Shown here: positions 48,201 to 61,825 of the stretch, one piece after another
Numbering within the stretch: position 1 is the first letter of the stretch
Layout: each line of letters opens with the position of its first letter
Assembly: GCA_965202585.1 (NCBI GenBank)
Contig: OZ241828.1
Location: 70,432,001-70,496,000 of the forward strand
Direction: 5' to 3'
Length of the DNA: 64,000 nt
Source: Thalia democratica
Lineage: Eukaryota
Notes under the pieces: generated by a model
The model's database searches: none
Told to the model about the DNA's origin: nothing
The model's input: the letters and a program-made list of their open reading frames with translations, nothing else
Translations under genes and position numbers: made by a program

Positions 48201-51200
48201 ACTCAAAAATTTTTGTTACTGTATTAGATTTGAGATAGTTCATTTTTAATGTTTTATTATTTTCTAATTAGAAATTAGAGGTAAAAGTATAAAGTTTTTA
48301 TAGTTTTTTTTCTTTTATTTGAGTTATATATCAACTTAATACTAACAAGTTTGTAAAATACTTATTATTTTATTGATTTTAGTGTTGATATATAGGTAGA
48401 TATTTTATTTTTTTCGAATACAGACAGTATCTCTTTTTTCCTAATTAATTATTTCTTTATTCTAGTCTGTTTTTATAGAACTTAATACTTTTAACTAGAT
48501 ATTGAATATTTGAGTTTGCAATATATGGTTGTGAGTTCACTCGAGTGGCAGTGATCACATGATTAGATTGTTGATGTGTTTTTTGTTGTAGCGTCGGCGG
48601 ATACTTTCTTGGGGATTTTAGCTTAATTTTTTCCTACACTTTGTGGTTTTTGGTGTTAAGATTCTAACCTTGTGAGTGTTTGCAAAATGGAGTGTCACCA
48701 GGATTTTTTTTTTGATTAAAGGGTTAGGACTAGTGTTTATTTCGGTTAGTTAAATTTTTTTATCAAATCTATAAACAGATTTAGTTTGATTTTTAGCTAA
48801 AAGGTAAAATTTTTTTAGTAAATTTAGGGTAGGTGGAATAACATGTAATGAACTCAAACTCACTCGCTTGACCCTCAGAAAACGTTTATCGTTGCAGAAG
48901 GGAGATTTAGTTTTTCTGATGTTTTTCTACCTTAAAAAAATATATATAAAAGATGGTCCTAAATAGTTTGTATAAATAAATGTAGTTGTAACTTTGCGAG
49001 TTAAAACCAGAACTGTCTATGATAAAAAGTCTACATTGCCTCCTGTGGTTTTAAGAGTTAAGTTAACATATAATAAAGACTTAAGTTATTTAAAATTTTC
49101 TTTACAAAGAAAAATTGCTTTAATTATAATATGTGTAGAATAATTGCAAAAATCATTGTGAAATATAACATAACTTATTACTTTTTCTGTTAATTAAGCG
49201 TAAATTATATCAAATATTAGAAAATAATATAAAATATTTAGTTTGTTTAACTTTTATATATCGACAATAATATTTATTTTTGGTTTAAACCAATTCTTTA
49301 TTCAGGTTTTTGATTTATAGCTAATATTATAATTAAAGTTTTTTTTTCAGTTTTTAAGCTTTATTATAACTTTAAAGTTTGTATAAGTCAGATTTGTACA
49401 TATTATAAACAATTTAGTCTAATTTTATCAAAAAATTTATGTAGTATTAATTTCTGTATATTTATTTAAATAATTAGCTATTAATGAAACATAAAATAGA
49501 AAAATTGAGTTTCAAGTGAGGTAAATTTATAAGTTTATATATAAGCTTTTTTCTAGATAAATTTTTTACCATAGTTATTTTGTTTACTAAAGCATAAAAG
49601 TTTAGTTTTTATGTTCGACAATTATTTAAAAAATAATTAAGTCACTTTGTTTTTAGTAAATACTTTTTTTTTCTAACATTGTTTGTTTGGTTTTTAGTCT
49701 TACTGCGCTAATTCACTAAAAATATACTCCTTAATCTTAATCACTGAATTTGTTAAAAAGCAACTTTAAATTAAATATGTCTTTACGAACAAAATAATGC
49801 ATTATCGTTTTACAAAAAAAATCTTAGCAGTCTTATGCAGTTCTGTAACATTAAAAATTAAAGTAGTTATCATATTTAATAGTATACGAAATTTAATAAT
49901 TAAAAACATTTAAACTCAATTTTCGAAGATATTTTAATTTTAATAAAAATATGAATAAATTATTTATGTTTAAATTTTTGAATAGAAGAATTATTAAGAG
50001 TTTCTTTTTTCTGTTGCAGCTTAAATAAACAAAAAATATTTATTTCAATCATTCTAACCAAAAGTTATAAATAATAAACATAAATAGATAAAAGTAAATC
50101 AAACTTGAAGTAATCTTTAATTCAAACTTCACTCTGACAAAGCAAAGCTTATTTATAATTTGTCAAAAACATTTTCGTAAAACAAATCGCTAGGTTCGCA
50201 AATGTTTTAAATAAGTTTAAAAATTTATATATTTAAATATATAATAGAACAGATATGGTTTTATTCTTGGATTTTCTAGAGCTTGTGATACCCCTTAAAA
50301 GAAGAAGAAAACAAACAAAAATGACTGTTTTGTAAAAAAAGAACATTATAAAATTTAGAAAAAATTGTTTTACGTTGTTAAGATATTTTTTCGGCAACTT
50401 TCATAACGAAACGCTCAAAAGTCATTTTACTAAGAACAGTTTACTTAAATCTCTTAACTTTAAAAATAAGAAAAAACTTTAGCTGAAAGTAAACCAGATC
50501 GTAAACAACTTGATATTAGTAGGCATGAATTACGGTGTGTCAGCTTTTAGTACAGCTTTTATAAAACTACATAGTTTTAAATACTTGGGAACTATAAAAA
50601 AACAGCACTAATCAATAACAAAAATTGAAAAACTGTTAACACAAATAGCTTGATATTACAATTATAAAGCAGTATCTTTTGTGTTTAAGATTAAAAACTT
50701 TATATCAAATTGTTTTCAAATTGTTTATACATTTTTTAATCATAAAATATTTATATTGTCACAGTTTACATCACATTTACTCAAACTATTATACATGTTA
50801 TCCTTCTTTGTATTGTATTCAAAAAGTTTTGATTTACTTGAAATAAATAAATATTGGCTATTATTCTAAACTTGCGTAAAAAACGAATTTATGTTTTCTT
50901 TTCTAGTTTTTTATGTTAAAAAGTAGTTTTTTTTTAATTTACGATTTTTTATTAGTTTTGCGTCATGAATTGCCATTATAGTCGTTTTAAACTATATCGA
51001 TAAAATAAAGGTTTTTAAGTTTTATTGGTTGTTAGTTTCAGTTAGATATTATGTTTTTTGCTTCATATTTGTTTTTACTATAAGGTGAATAAAAAATAAT
51101 TTATATTTGAAGCTCAAACACGGTAAGTAGATTTTAATATAATAAATTAATAGTGAAGAGCACATCGAAGTACGTTTTTCATTTGAGGGCTGTAGTTTTC

Positions 51201-52243
51201 CAGTTCGTGTTTAATTGCGTTTTAAACGTTCCTGTAAACAATTCAACTACCCATATAGAAAATTTTTTTTTTTTCGGCAAACATTTGTATTTTAAGCCAT
51301 AAATAGTATAAAAGCAACGCAATAAATTTTCCGACAGTTGAAAATATTAAAAATTAATTTTCAAAAGAGATTAGGTGAAACATCCTTTCATTGTTTATTT
51401 TTGGCTAGAGTATAAATAAAAGGAAAGCTCAAACTAAATTGAAGTAAAAATTTTGTAAATGAGTACTTAACAACTTTTAAGAATATTAAAACAGTATTTT
51501 AAAGCTTAATTACTTTTTTTCGGAAAATAATGAATTTAAAAAGTGAACTCTGAATTAATGTAAACTAAACATTATAATTTCTAATGCAAAAATAGTTTTC
51601 TATAGCTAGTTGTTTATGCAAACTTTTAAACAGAAAGTTATTTCTAGATATGTAAATCTTATGCAAACTGTATTTTGTTCTTTTCTTGTTTTATAGAACC
51701 TACAAAACTTGTATTTTAAAAGGTTCTAATCAAAATTGAGACCGATGAATTTGTACAATTGTAAGGTGTTTTGTAATTTAGTACTTAAACATGTTTAATT
51801 AATTTGTATATTAGTGTTTAGTTTTAAATCTTTAATAAGAAAACAATTATAATGTAATGTAGTTTTTAAATTACAACGATAAACAATCAATACATATTAT
51901 TTAGCGCTTACAATTCTAAATTAATCTTTATAGTAAGTTCTTACAAAATTTCATACATAATAACCGCTTAATAAAAAAAAACCATGCAACAATGGTTTTG
52001 TTAATCTCCTTAAGTAATATTTTAAACACATAATATTTTTTAGAATCTAAAATCAAAAATTTAACTAATGTTTATACAGAACACCATAAATTTATATAGT
52101 TTGTTAAAGATCCAATAATATTTATATAAATTTATTCTAATGTGAAAAAACTAGCTACTCAGAGTATTTTTAAAAATAAAGTTTTCTAAAGTTCCACACA
52201 ACTGAGATTTGCTAAAACTCATACGAAGTTTTACTATCTATTT

Positions 52244-55200
52244 CTAAGTTTTTTTCTTTTTCCTTGGAGTTTCAGTGTCTAGAATGGCCGAATTTCTTTT
52301 TGTAAGTTTGTTTTCTTCATTTTTGTTTGCACTGAGTGCTTGAAGTACGAGTTCTCTAGTTGCGTACTGAAAATAAAGAAGATATTTTATAAAAATAAGA
52401 ATAAAACGTAAGTTACACTATAAAACAAATTTCTTATAATTTTAAAGTATATTAGTGCTCTATAAATAAGTTACATAGCATTAGGAATATCAAATTTTTG
52501 AAAATTGGTAGCTTACAATATCATCAAGTTTCAAATAACAAAAAAAAAATATTATTGTTATGAATACTAACATCAATGATCACTAAAAATAATAGTTAAA
52601 GATGATAATTGATTATAGATCAAGTAAAATGTAAAAACAAAAACATAAAAATCGTTGTTTACAAGTCTTAATATTACATATACTGTTCTTGATTTTTAAC
52701 ACTTTTTACTTTTTAGGATAACTAAAATACTAGAGCCAAACTATTTTTTTCAAGTGGTTAGATGTAGTTTGTCATAAAACAATTGTTTGTAGTAATGTTT
52801 CATGTTAAAACTACTCAAAAAATGAAAAAAAATGTTAAAAAGACATCTATTTGTTTTACATTAATTACTATTTATTTTATTAACTTTTTTTAAGTTCAAG
52901 AACTTAAATATAGACACGTTATTATTTTGTAACCATAGATTATAATTTTTTGTTACATTTAATATAAAACAAAAACAAGTGTTAATAGTTCAAAATAAAC
53001 TAACTTCGGCAAACGTAAAGGTAGAAAATTCTAACTTCGATTCATGTTGAAAGTCATAAATTTCTGTCGTTCCTCGCAATCCTTCGATTATTACTTGCTC
53101 GTCTTCAACAGTATTTTTTACGCTGTCTTCGTTGTTCAAAACAAGTACATAGATATTCTGAAAAGTAAAAACTAAATATTTTTAATGAAAACAAAAGGTT
53201 CATAACTTTAAAACTGATTGATCAGTATAACTATGGTTAATTTTAGTAGAATAGATATTTGTTTTGAAATTGCTTAAATAATTATTAGATGGATAGTTTC
53301 TAACTTCTAAGCTTTTTATATTAAGTTTTTCAATAACTATCTTCTTTAGCGTTAATTATGTTGTTACGACAATGTAACACTGATTTAACTTGAAAATAAT
53401 AACTAAGTGCAAAAATTATATACACTGTACCTTTTTTATCAAAATAAAAAAATTTTAAAGTACAACTTATCCACGTAATAGATATCCCTTTTATTACCAA
53501 TATAAAAAACATAAAAACAAACCTCGGACATCCAGTCATCATTAGCTTTCATTTTAGCATGGGTAAAATCTTTTTTTAAATTCACTTTATAAATCTCACT
53601 CCTTTCTTCTGTTTTTCTTTTTAGTTCTTCATAAAACTTGATTAAAGGGGATCCAATGTGAAAAGGCATATCTTTTACTTCCATGTCTTCTACAAAATCT
53701 GTCATTTTAGATTGTGACACAATTATTTTTTCGTCCTGTTATACGTTAATGATTTTTTTTTACTTAAATTTTATGTAATATTTACATAATACAGTTTTAA
53801 ATTCTTTAAAAAATTTATCAATAAAATTACAATAACTATAAACAATTTGTTTTACTAAAGTTATTCCACTTATTAAGTGTATTTTTTATAGCTTTAAATG
53901 ATAAAAAACTGTACCCAAGTAGTGTGCGACTCGACGATCAAAAAGTTTTCTAACAATAAGATTCTAAGACCAACTATTTTGAGCACTTCTTTTTGTCGTC
54001 TAACACACAATAACATGTTAAAAATTAAAATTATAGATAAAATTACCTTTGAATCTTTTATTAGTTTATCATACCAGTCCTTCAGTCTATCATGTCTTGT
54101 TTGTTTATTAGTGTTAAACTTACTATGTGGCTTTATTCTAAAGCAGTAATCTTTCTCTGAAGTCTGACTCCAAATGACTATGGAATTGTATCTGTAAAAA
54201 GTATGAACAAAAGCTAGTTACGTCATGCATACAATTGTTGTAGTGGGAATTGATTCGGGAAATAATTATTATCTTTATAGGTAAACTTTTAGAAAACTTT
54301 TATGTTTTAGTAAATGGTATACTGTACGATATTTATTTAAAGTTTATATTCGAAAAATGTATTAAGCACAAGTATCATAACTACTAACCCATTATTCTTG
54401 TAGTATCTCATAAAACTCTTTATAATTTCGTGGAACAAAGTAGTTCTTTCAGTAGATGTTTTTTCTACATTTGATCCTCTGTAATATTTCACCGAATCCA
54501 AAAATGAAAGATAAATTGAGTTTTTTATGTTTTTAAGTCCTTCGTTGTACAGCTAAAAGTATAAGTGTGTGTTAAGAAATTTCAAAGAAAGTTACTTTAT
54601 GGAGTTAAACAAAACTTTGAATGTTAATCTTAAAAACAGCTTTAAGTTTTTGAACATTTGATATTAGCTTTATTTCATACACTAAAATGTCATTCAAATA
54701 AAATATGATGTAAATTTATGCATTATTTTAACTTTAGTTTTTATTCGATAGAATAAAGCATATCAAGAAGTTTTTGGTTTAAACATATGAAAATGTAAAT
54801 TTATAGTTTTTTTATGTGCTGATTAACTTATGATTGTTTATACAAAAATATATTCTTAAAGTATAATAAGCTAACCTCTGCTTGGAAAATAAAAAAGCAT
54901 ATTTCTGTTTCATCAATTTTCTGGAAAACTGCAAATACCAGCCTGGTAAAGTGAATGTCTGCTTTTTCATAACCAAGGCTGCAATATACAACAAATTTAG
55001 TCTAAGTAGGTACTATTGTTTTAAAAACTGGTTAATATAATACGATAAACTTTTGTGTCAAAGTATTTAAGATTTAAAAAGCAAAAATTATAATGCAGTA
55101 GTTTCTTTTTAAACATTTCCTAGCAACTGTAAAAGTTTTACTTTTAATATTGTAAATAATAAAAAAGAAAATATTTTGAATTTAGAATTTTGATTTATAT

Positions 55201-56857
55201 TCCAAAAAAATAAATTGAAAGAAAATAATTAGGAAATCTACAACACTAATTTCTTTAAAAACATTTTGTAAGTTAGTTAACTACGGCAATATTTATACTG
55301 GTCTAGATTAATAATATTATTATCTTTGGTATATCTAATTTTAATGAAAAATTTACTGTTTCATTAGGTGTTTGCAGCCTAAGTCGTATTTAATCTTTTC
55401 TTTGTTTAGAATTCTTACAAACAGTTGCCCTTTTACTCCATTTTCTTTTTGTAATTTATTTATTTTACTTTCTATGGTCATAGTCAATTCATTTTGTTGC
55501 AACTTCTCAGCAGATGGAGAGGTTTCTTTTGAACATTCTTTGCAAACAAATCTAAACGAAGTTAATTAAATGCACACATCTTGTAGTTCATTCAAATACA
55601 TTTTGAGGTTTATAAAATTAACTGCAAAATATAGACTTAAAGTATTGACTAGTGAACATTTGTAAATTAAATTACAATAAGTTGATAGTTTTGAATGCCC
55701 TATGATATACAGAATACTGCGAACTGCTGTTTATAGTGGATTAAGAAGCAACATCTACTAACTTTTGAAGAACTGGGTTTTTTTTGGATCTACAACACAA
55801 GTAGAATACAGTCTCGGGTGTAATTTACGGGATTTTCGGGAAAATACATCATAGTAAAAATTTACAAGAAGGTGATTAAAACCACAACTGTGGTCAGCTA
55901 ACATTAGATGCCAATCGACCCCTAATACTATATTATGATGAAGCTTATCTAAAATTTACAATTACTAATTGAGTTATGTATCTTAACAAAATTAAGCATT
56001 TATAATATAATAAAAGTACGATTTTAAAAACTTTAAAGTTTAAATGTTTATTGCTCAAAACTTATACAAAAACTATAAAAATAAAATCATTTTACAACTA
56101 AAGTTAATGTTTAGAAATAAAGTAATAAGAATAGAAATTTACTTCTTATTTTCTGTATATCCACAAACAATGTGAAATTGTTTTTTGCATTGAGTGCAAT
56201 TTTTGATAGGCACTTCAATTTGCTTGTTGTTTACTTTTTCCTGAACTTCAACTTTTTTACTATCGTCACTTTTTGAACTGTTTATGTGGTTAAAAAGATC
56301 AGTTATGTGTACTTTGAAATTTCTAGGAAATGTTCTTTGATACTTACTAAAAATTTATTTTAATTAATAATTGAGTCTTAAAGTTTTAAATGAACTAACT
56401 GGTTTACAAATAGTTAGATAACTTTTGATGTCTTTTAAAAATAAGTAAATTGGTCTAACCTTCTTCTTTTAATACTTAAAGACGTCATTTTTCTACATTC
56501 TACGCAAAAGATATTTGGATTTTTTGCTTTATCTTTGATTTCGTAATATTTGGCGTCAACATCAATGCCTTTCTTGCAGTTTTTGTTGCTGCATTTTAGC
56601 CAGCTTTTGGAATACAACAACTGTAATAAATAGTTTATAGAAATAAACTGAATGTTTTGTAACTATTAAGTATGTTTGTCAAAAAAAATAAACCAATTAT
56701 CACTAACATAGACATGTTTTCTACAAAGCCTGTAAACTTTAAAAATTATAAATGAATAGAGTAAAAACTTACTTACTAAATTAAAAGTTCTAAAATAAAT
56801 AATAAACAATCTTACTTTCTTTTTGCAGCAAAAGTGAACTGTATCTTCAGATGACAT
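52244..56857 (-). CDS. Minimal p300/CBP-like (KAT11) lysine acetyltransferase, copy B: 10 exons, about 477 aa
   Basis: Same exon phases as copy A: 56857-56816, 56620-56460, 56277-56143, 55551-55357, 54978-54876, 54552-54389, 54191-54047, 53735-53523, 53157-53005, 52366-52244 (1434 nt, no internal stop). All indels against A are multiples of 3 nt. FLDSV, ERT, IWSQ and WYDKL are retained. Confidence 0.9.
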
Positions 56858-57811
56858 TTAAATAGCTTCTAACCTTAAAATAATTTTATTAGTAAGTGAA
56901 ATATTTTGAAATAGTAGACGGCCCGCTAAAGTACATATATTTAAATTTATTTCAGTTAAAATTATTAATCCGTCCAATGTTATTCTAAATTGTATATTAA
57001 TAAATTTATTAAGAAGTATGTTTAGTTATATAAAAATATATAATTTCAAATTGATAAACTTTAAACAAACATTTAAAATGAGTTTATAAAAATATGCCAT
57101 AAATAAAAACTAGAAACAACAGTACATAAACATTTTCTGTTCATAGTTGTTTACAAAAGTATTATGTTTAAAGGTAACAAAATTTGAAAAAACATAATTG
57201 AAAAACAGTACAAAAATTTATAATAGTCATGTTTTTTGTAGAAAAATTTTTGTAGAACTTTAATGTTTTTTAAAGCAATTGAAAAATTATAAATATTTTG
57301 ATACTTTAGCTGTAAAAAACTAAGTTAGGCTTTGTCTAATTTTAGTAGAAGAATTTTTAATACTAAAAATAAACTAATAACAGCTTAAATTACAGTTCTT
57401 AGTTTAATCAAATCGTCGCCTTAGGCTAAAAAAATTATAATTATGCCCTGAAGTTAATATCATATTCACATTTTATGCAACTATTTCACAGATTATCACA
57501 CATAGTAAAAAACTAATTAATAAATTTAAAACCACAAAAAAGTTAATCCATTTGATAAAAATTAAAGCAACTTTTTAAAGATTAAATTATATCTAAACGC
57601 TCTCCACTGCTTGAATACCTAGATTTTTAAGGATTAAAAAGTTTATACTTGAAAATCATACTTAGGTTCAAGATATTTGATTTTTTTAAGTTTCCAAATA
57701 CATTTTTTAAATACAAAGGTTTTACTTAAATCATATTTTATTTTTACCTAAAAAATTATCTTAGTAAAGCATATGCAACAAGTACTAATATACAAGTTAA
57801 ATGAAAGTTAT

Positions 57812-58059
57812 CAAGGTTGCCACTCGTTAATTCTAAATTTTTTCCAGGTTTTCTAAATTTCTTTACAGTTTTTAAAAGTACATTTAATGATGAAAGTTTT
57901 TTTTGTAGTATAGATTTTTTGAGTCAAATCGGAACGTTATTACTAAACATGTGAAAGTTGTTAAAATTACAGGATTTTTCTAACTTTCCCGAATTCCAGG
58001 TTTTTCCAGGTTTTTTTTTGCCTTTATTGTCAAACTCCAGGTTTTTCTAGGCAAATTTG
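57812..58059. mobile_element. Degenerate copy of the same hAT-like MITE family
   Basis: Starts caaggttgcca, and shares tagattttttgagt.aaatc, gtgaaa.ttgttaaaatt.cagga and the ttccagg repeats with 9389-9819. The right TIR is degenerate. Confidence 0.6.
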
Positions 58060-59690
58060 AATAATAAAATTATTTCTTCATACTCAAACTATCTTTTCTT
58101 TTGAGCTTAAAACGTTTAATAAATGAATAACAAAACAAAAGTCTTAAGATTAATACTTTTAATAAATGTTAAATTTCAATACTTTATTTAAGGAAATAGT
58201 TTGTATGTATAAAATAGATCAACTAAACTGGTAGTAGAAATTAATTTTCAGATTATAATTTAATGAATAATTGTGACGAAACTTATTTAGATTAAATGGC
58301 TTGGATAAATAAAATTTTAAATTTTGACAATTCAATTTCTTGAAAAACATTTGAGAGATCATATCCAAAAAAGTTATTTGTATTTAAAATAATTAAAAAT
58401 TATATGAAGGTTTTCCAAAATATCTATCAGCCACTTTTATTATTATTGCAAAATTTTAGTATTTTTTATGTTATTTAAAGACTATTAAAGTAAACTATAT
58501 TAACAAAATATTATCTCTTTCACGCTTAAAAACATTCTTAAAAAATGAAATCCACTACCGCAAAATTACCTGGTTAGCTGGAGCTTGTTTTAAAACTAGG
58601 TAATTAATAAAAAAAATAACTATATGAAATTACTATTAATTTAAGTGATTACCAAAGAGTACAAATGAGTATCAAAAGTATTACCAAATGACTTTTTGTT
58701 ACATGTTCATAATATTAAAGGAAAATATAGCTAGCTAAAGGTTAAGAAAAATATATAAACTACTTTGAAATTTGAATATTAAACTTATACAAGTCTGACA
58801 TTTAAAAAAAGTCTAAAACTAGCCTGGGTTTTTACAAAATGGCCAGAGTGGTTGCAACCCTGCTACAAGTGTATTACTTAAAACTGACAATGATAAAAAA
58901 TATCCAACTATAATTTATAATATAAAGTGTTTCTAAAAACCTGACTTTGTATTTTTAATAAAAACACTTCTTTTAAAGTTTAATACTTTATAAATAAAAA
59001 AATTTTGAATACATAGTAAGATTTTATTGATAACAAACTTAATCTAGAGTTAGGGATAAATAAAAATATTCTTAAACTTTAATCTAATTTTTGCTATAAA
59101 TGTTCAAACAAAGTATTCAACCCTGTTGACTTGATACTTTTAATAAATAACACAATATTATAAAAACCCTGTTAACCTGAAACAATTTTATAAGTATAAT
59201 ATAAAAACATAAATTGTTGACAAAAAATCTGAAGCAATAACAACATATCAAGAATTCATAAAGTAAAGAGATAAAGAAACATAAAACAAACAGCTTGCTA
59301 TTTAAATTTAAAACAAACTTAAAAAAAAAAATAAAATAAACATTAAACAAATTTTAATATTTTAATTAAAATCAACAAAATAAAATTTGTATTTGAGTTT
59401 TTTCATTCATCCAAGCATTTTTTTGATCACACAAAAAAAACTATAATCAATAGTTTTATTGCTTGACTCCTTGATTCAAATAGAAATGGAGGTAAAATTT
59501 AAAAAAAAACATTTTAGTCTTTTAGTTGTAAACTAAAGACATTTTCTAGAAAAACACGAAAAACTAAACAAAAAAGTAGGATATTGATTTAATGCAATCA
59601 ATTAAAACTTTGTATTCAAAAATTTATTTAGATGTTTAGCAAACTTAATTAATTCTAGTTAGAATATTATAATACTTAAGGATATTTTTA

Positions 59691-59826
59691 GGGAGCTGTC
59701 TAAATTGCACGAGCGTACAAAATTATGATTTTGTGCCCTCGTGCAAATTTGCCTTCGTGCAATTTTGTTCTCGTGCAATTTAGTAACCTCGTGCAAATTT
59801 ATTTTTGTGCAATTAAGACCTGTTCC
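59691..59826. mobile_element. Small MITE-like element with imperfect TIRs and internal tcgtgcaa(a)ttt repeats
   Basis: Left end GGAGCTGTCTAAATTGCAC versus right end (reverse complement) GGAACAGGTCTTAATTGCAC. Related tttgcac repeats occur at 18280-18355. Confidence 0.5.
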
Positions 59827-61765
59827 ATAATTTTTAGTTTAAGTCATTGTCATTGTCGTCCTGGAGAAAACTTTAAAAGGTATCCATTGGTGTACGACGC
59901 GATAACCAAAAGGTCTTTTTCGTGCACCAGGTACTAGGGACTAAACATTTGGAGCGCTTTTTTGCCATTTAATAAAATGTAATTGCTAGATGTTTACTCA
60001 AATTTTTTCGTGAGACTTTTAATTATTACTAATGTTACTCAAATATGTTAAGTTATTATAGTTTGGTAGATCTTAGTACACTTAACCAATTTACACTTTA
60101 TATGTTTATAAATATTTTTTTAGTTATTTACTTAATAGATATTAATTAACAAATCTCTAAGTAATAAGTGTAAGAATATTTTAGTCTTAAACATCTTAAA
60201 TCTTTCCTTGGTTGTGTGTTGTTCTTCGTGATTTTTTTTTCTTTAGTTCTAATTGCCTACTGAAGAAGAATTTGAAACTACTTTAGGCAATATACCGAAT
60301 ACTAATATTTGTAGATTTATTTGTTTAATTAAATTTTTTTTTTATTTAAAACGGTAAGTAATAAATGCAATTTTCAACTTAAATAGCAATTTTGTTATGC
60401 TTTTACTTAATAGCAGTACGCTTAAATAGCAGGTATGCCATATTATCCAACAAAATTACTCAAGCCTGGACTTTTATGTTGGAACAAACTTAAGCTTATA
60501 AAGCATTTATGGTCAGTTGGAATAGCAACTTAATAGCATTCTTGCAATTCTGCTTAACAATATCTAAAACTAAATTAGTTTCTGTTTACTAAGAGAAATT
60601 ACTGCATAAGGACTATAAAGATTCTAATGTCAAAAAAAATGATTTAAAGTTTTCAAGACTTGTTAAGAAAAATATGTATGACTATGGTGTATGACTAACC
60701 ATATCTTAATTCATTTACTTAAATTTTGATGGTAATTTGTAGATATATACAAAGTTACAAAGTAGTTTTTCTATTGTAACAGTATTAATAAAAAAAAGTT
60801 GTTCTTTTTAGATAATTTTCTTGTCACAAACATAGCTTTTTCTAAATGACTATTAGTAAAAACATTTTACGATTATACAGAAAAAATTTATACCACATAT
60901 CTTCATTACAACCAATCTGTTTACTTATGTTAACCAGCTTTAACAGCAAAAAACATAAATAGAATCAACTAAGTTCATTTAAAGTTTTATATTCAGTATA
61001 CATATCTATATATAATATACATGTTATAACACAAGGATTTTTTGTAAGGTAGAAATTGTTTTAAAACCACTCAATAAAAACATTAAAAAGTCTAGAAAAA
61101 ACATTTAGCTAAATACGAACTTGACAAGTTGATGTAACAAAAGAGTTGATTGGACACAACCGATAATAACGCACTTATAATTACATTCTATAATAATGAA
61201 CTTTTTGTTAGGTATATTTCTATTTAGAATTTATTGATATATTCTAAAAGCTGATAGAAAATTTTACTTTTAAATATTTTTACTATATGTTTCTGAATGC
61301 ATTATAGACAATATACTATTTTCAAAGTAAAAAAAAAAAACATCTGCAACTATATTCAACAGAAAACCGTTTTTTATGTTGATTAGACTTATTAGTACAT
61401 TTTCTAATATTTATTAATTAGTTTTAAGAGTTAATATAAATTAGTGTAAAAGTATTGAAAGTTCTGTGTCAAATTTATTTTTATAAATTTCGGAATGAAT
61501 TAAACTATTTTGGTTTAATGTTTGTTTAACAAATGATATATTCAAAGTAACTAGTATCACGTATATACATACGTAAAGTAAAAAATCTTTCATAAACATT
61601 TAATTTTTACAAAGCTACTTAGCACCACTACATCAGCATATCAAACCATCTAAAGTAAATTTCATGTCAACACACAACATTTTTACATTTCTGACCCAGA
61701 TCCACAAAAAAAAATGTGTATATATATATATATATATAATTTATTCAAATTGCGATTTTAAAAAT

Positions 61766-61825
61766 TCTGGAACATATGTTTCACAAAGCTTTAATTTTTC
61801 ATAAAGCTTTGATCATCAGCCAGTT
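61766..61825 (-). ncRNA. Type I hammerhead ribozyme (PLE-A)
   Basis: Same motif as 35281-35340. Confidence 0.78.

Larger units (their letters stand above)
51670..58500. repeat. Segmental duplication unit B (paralogous to about 1080-8700)
   Basis: Collinear similarity with unit A across the acetyltransferase gene and its flanks. Boundaries are approximate. Confidence 0.85.

Noticed and set aside
59700-59820. Short regularly spaced repeats as a CRISPR-like array
   Set aside because: Units of about 17 bp are nearly contiguous with no unique spacers, in eukaryotic context; better explained as MITE subterminal repeats.
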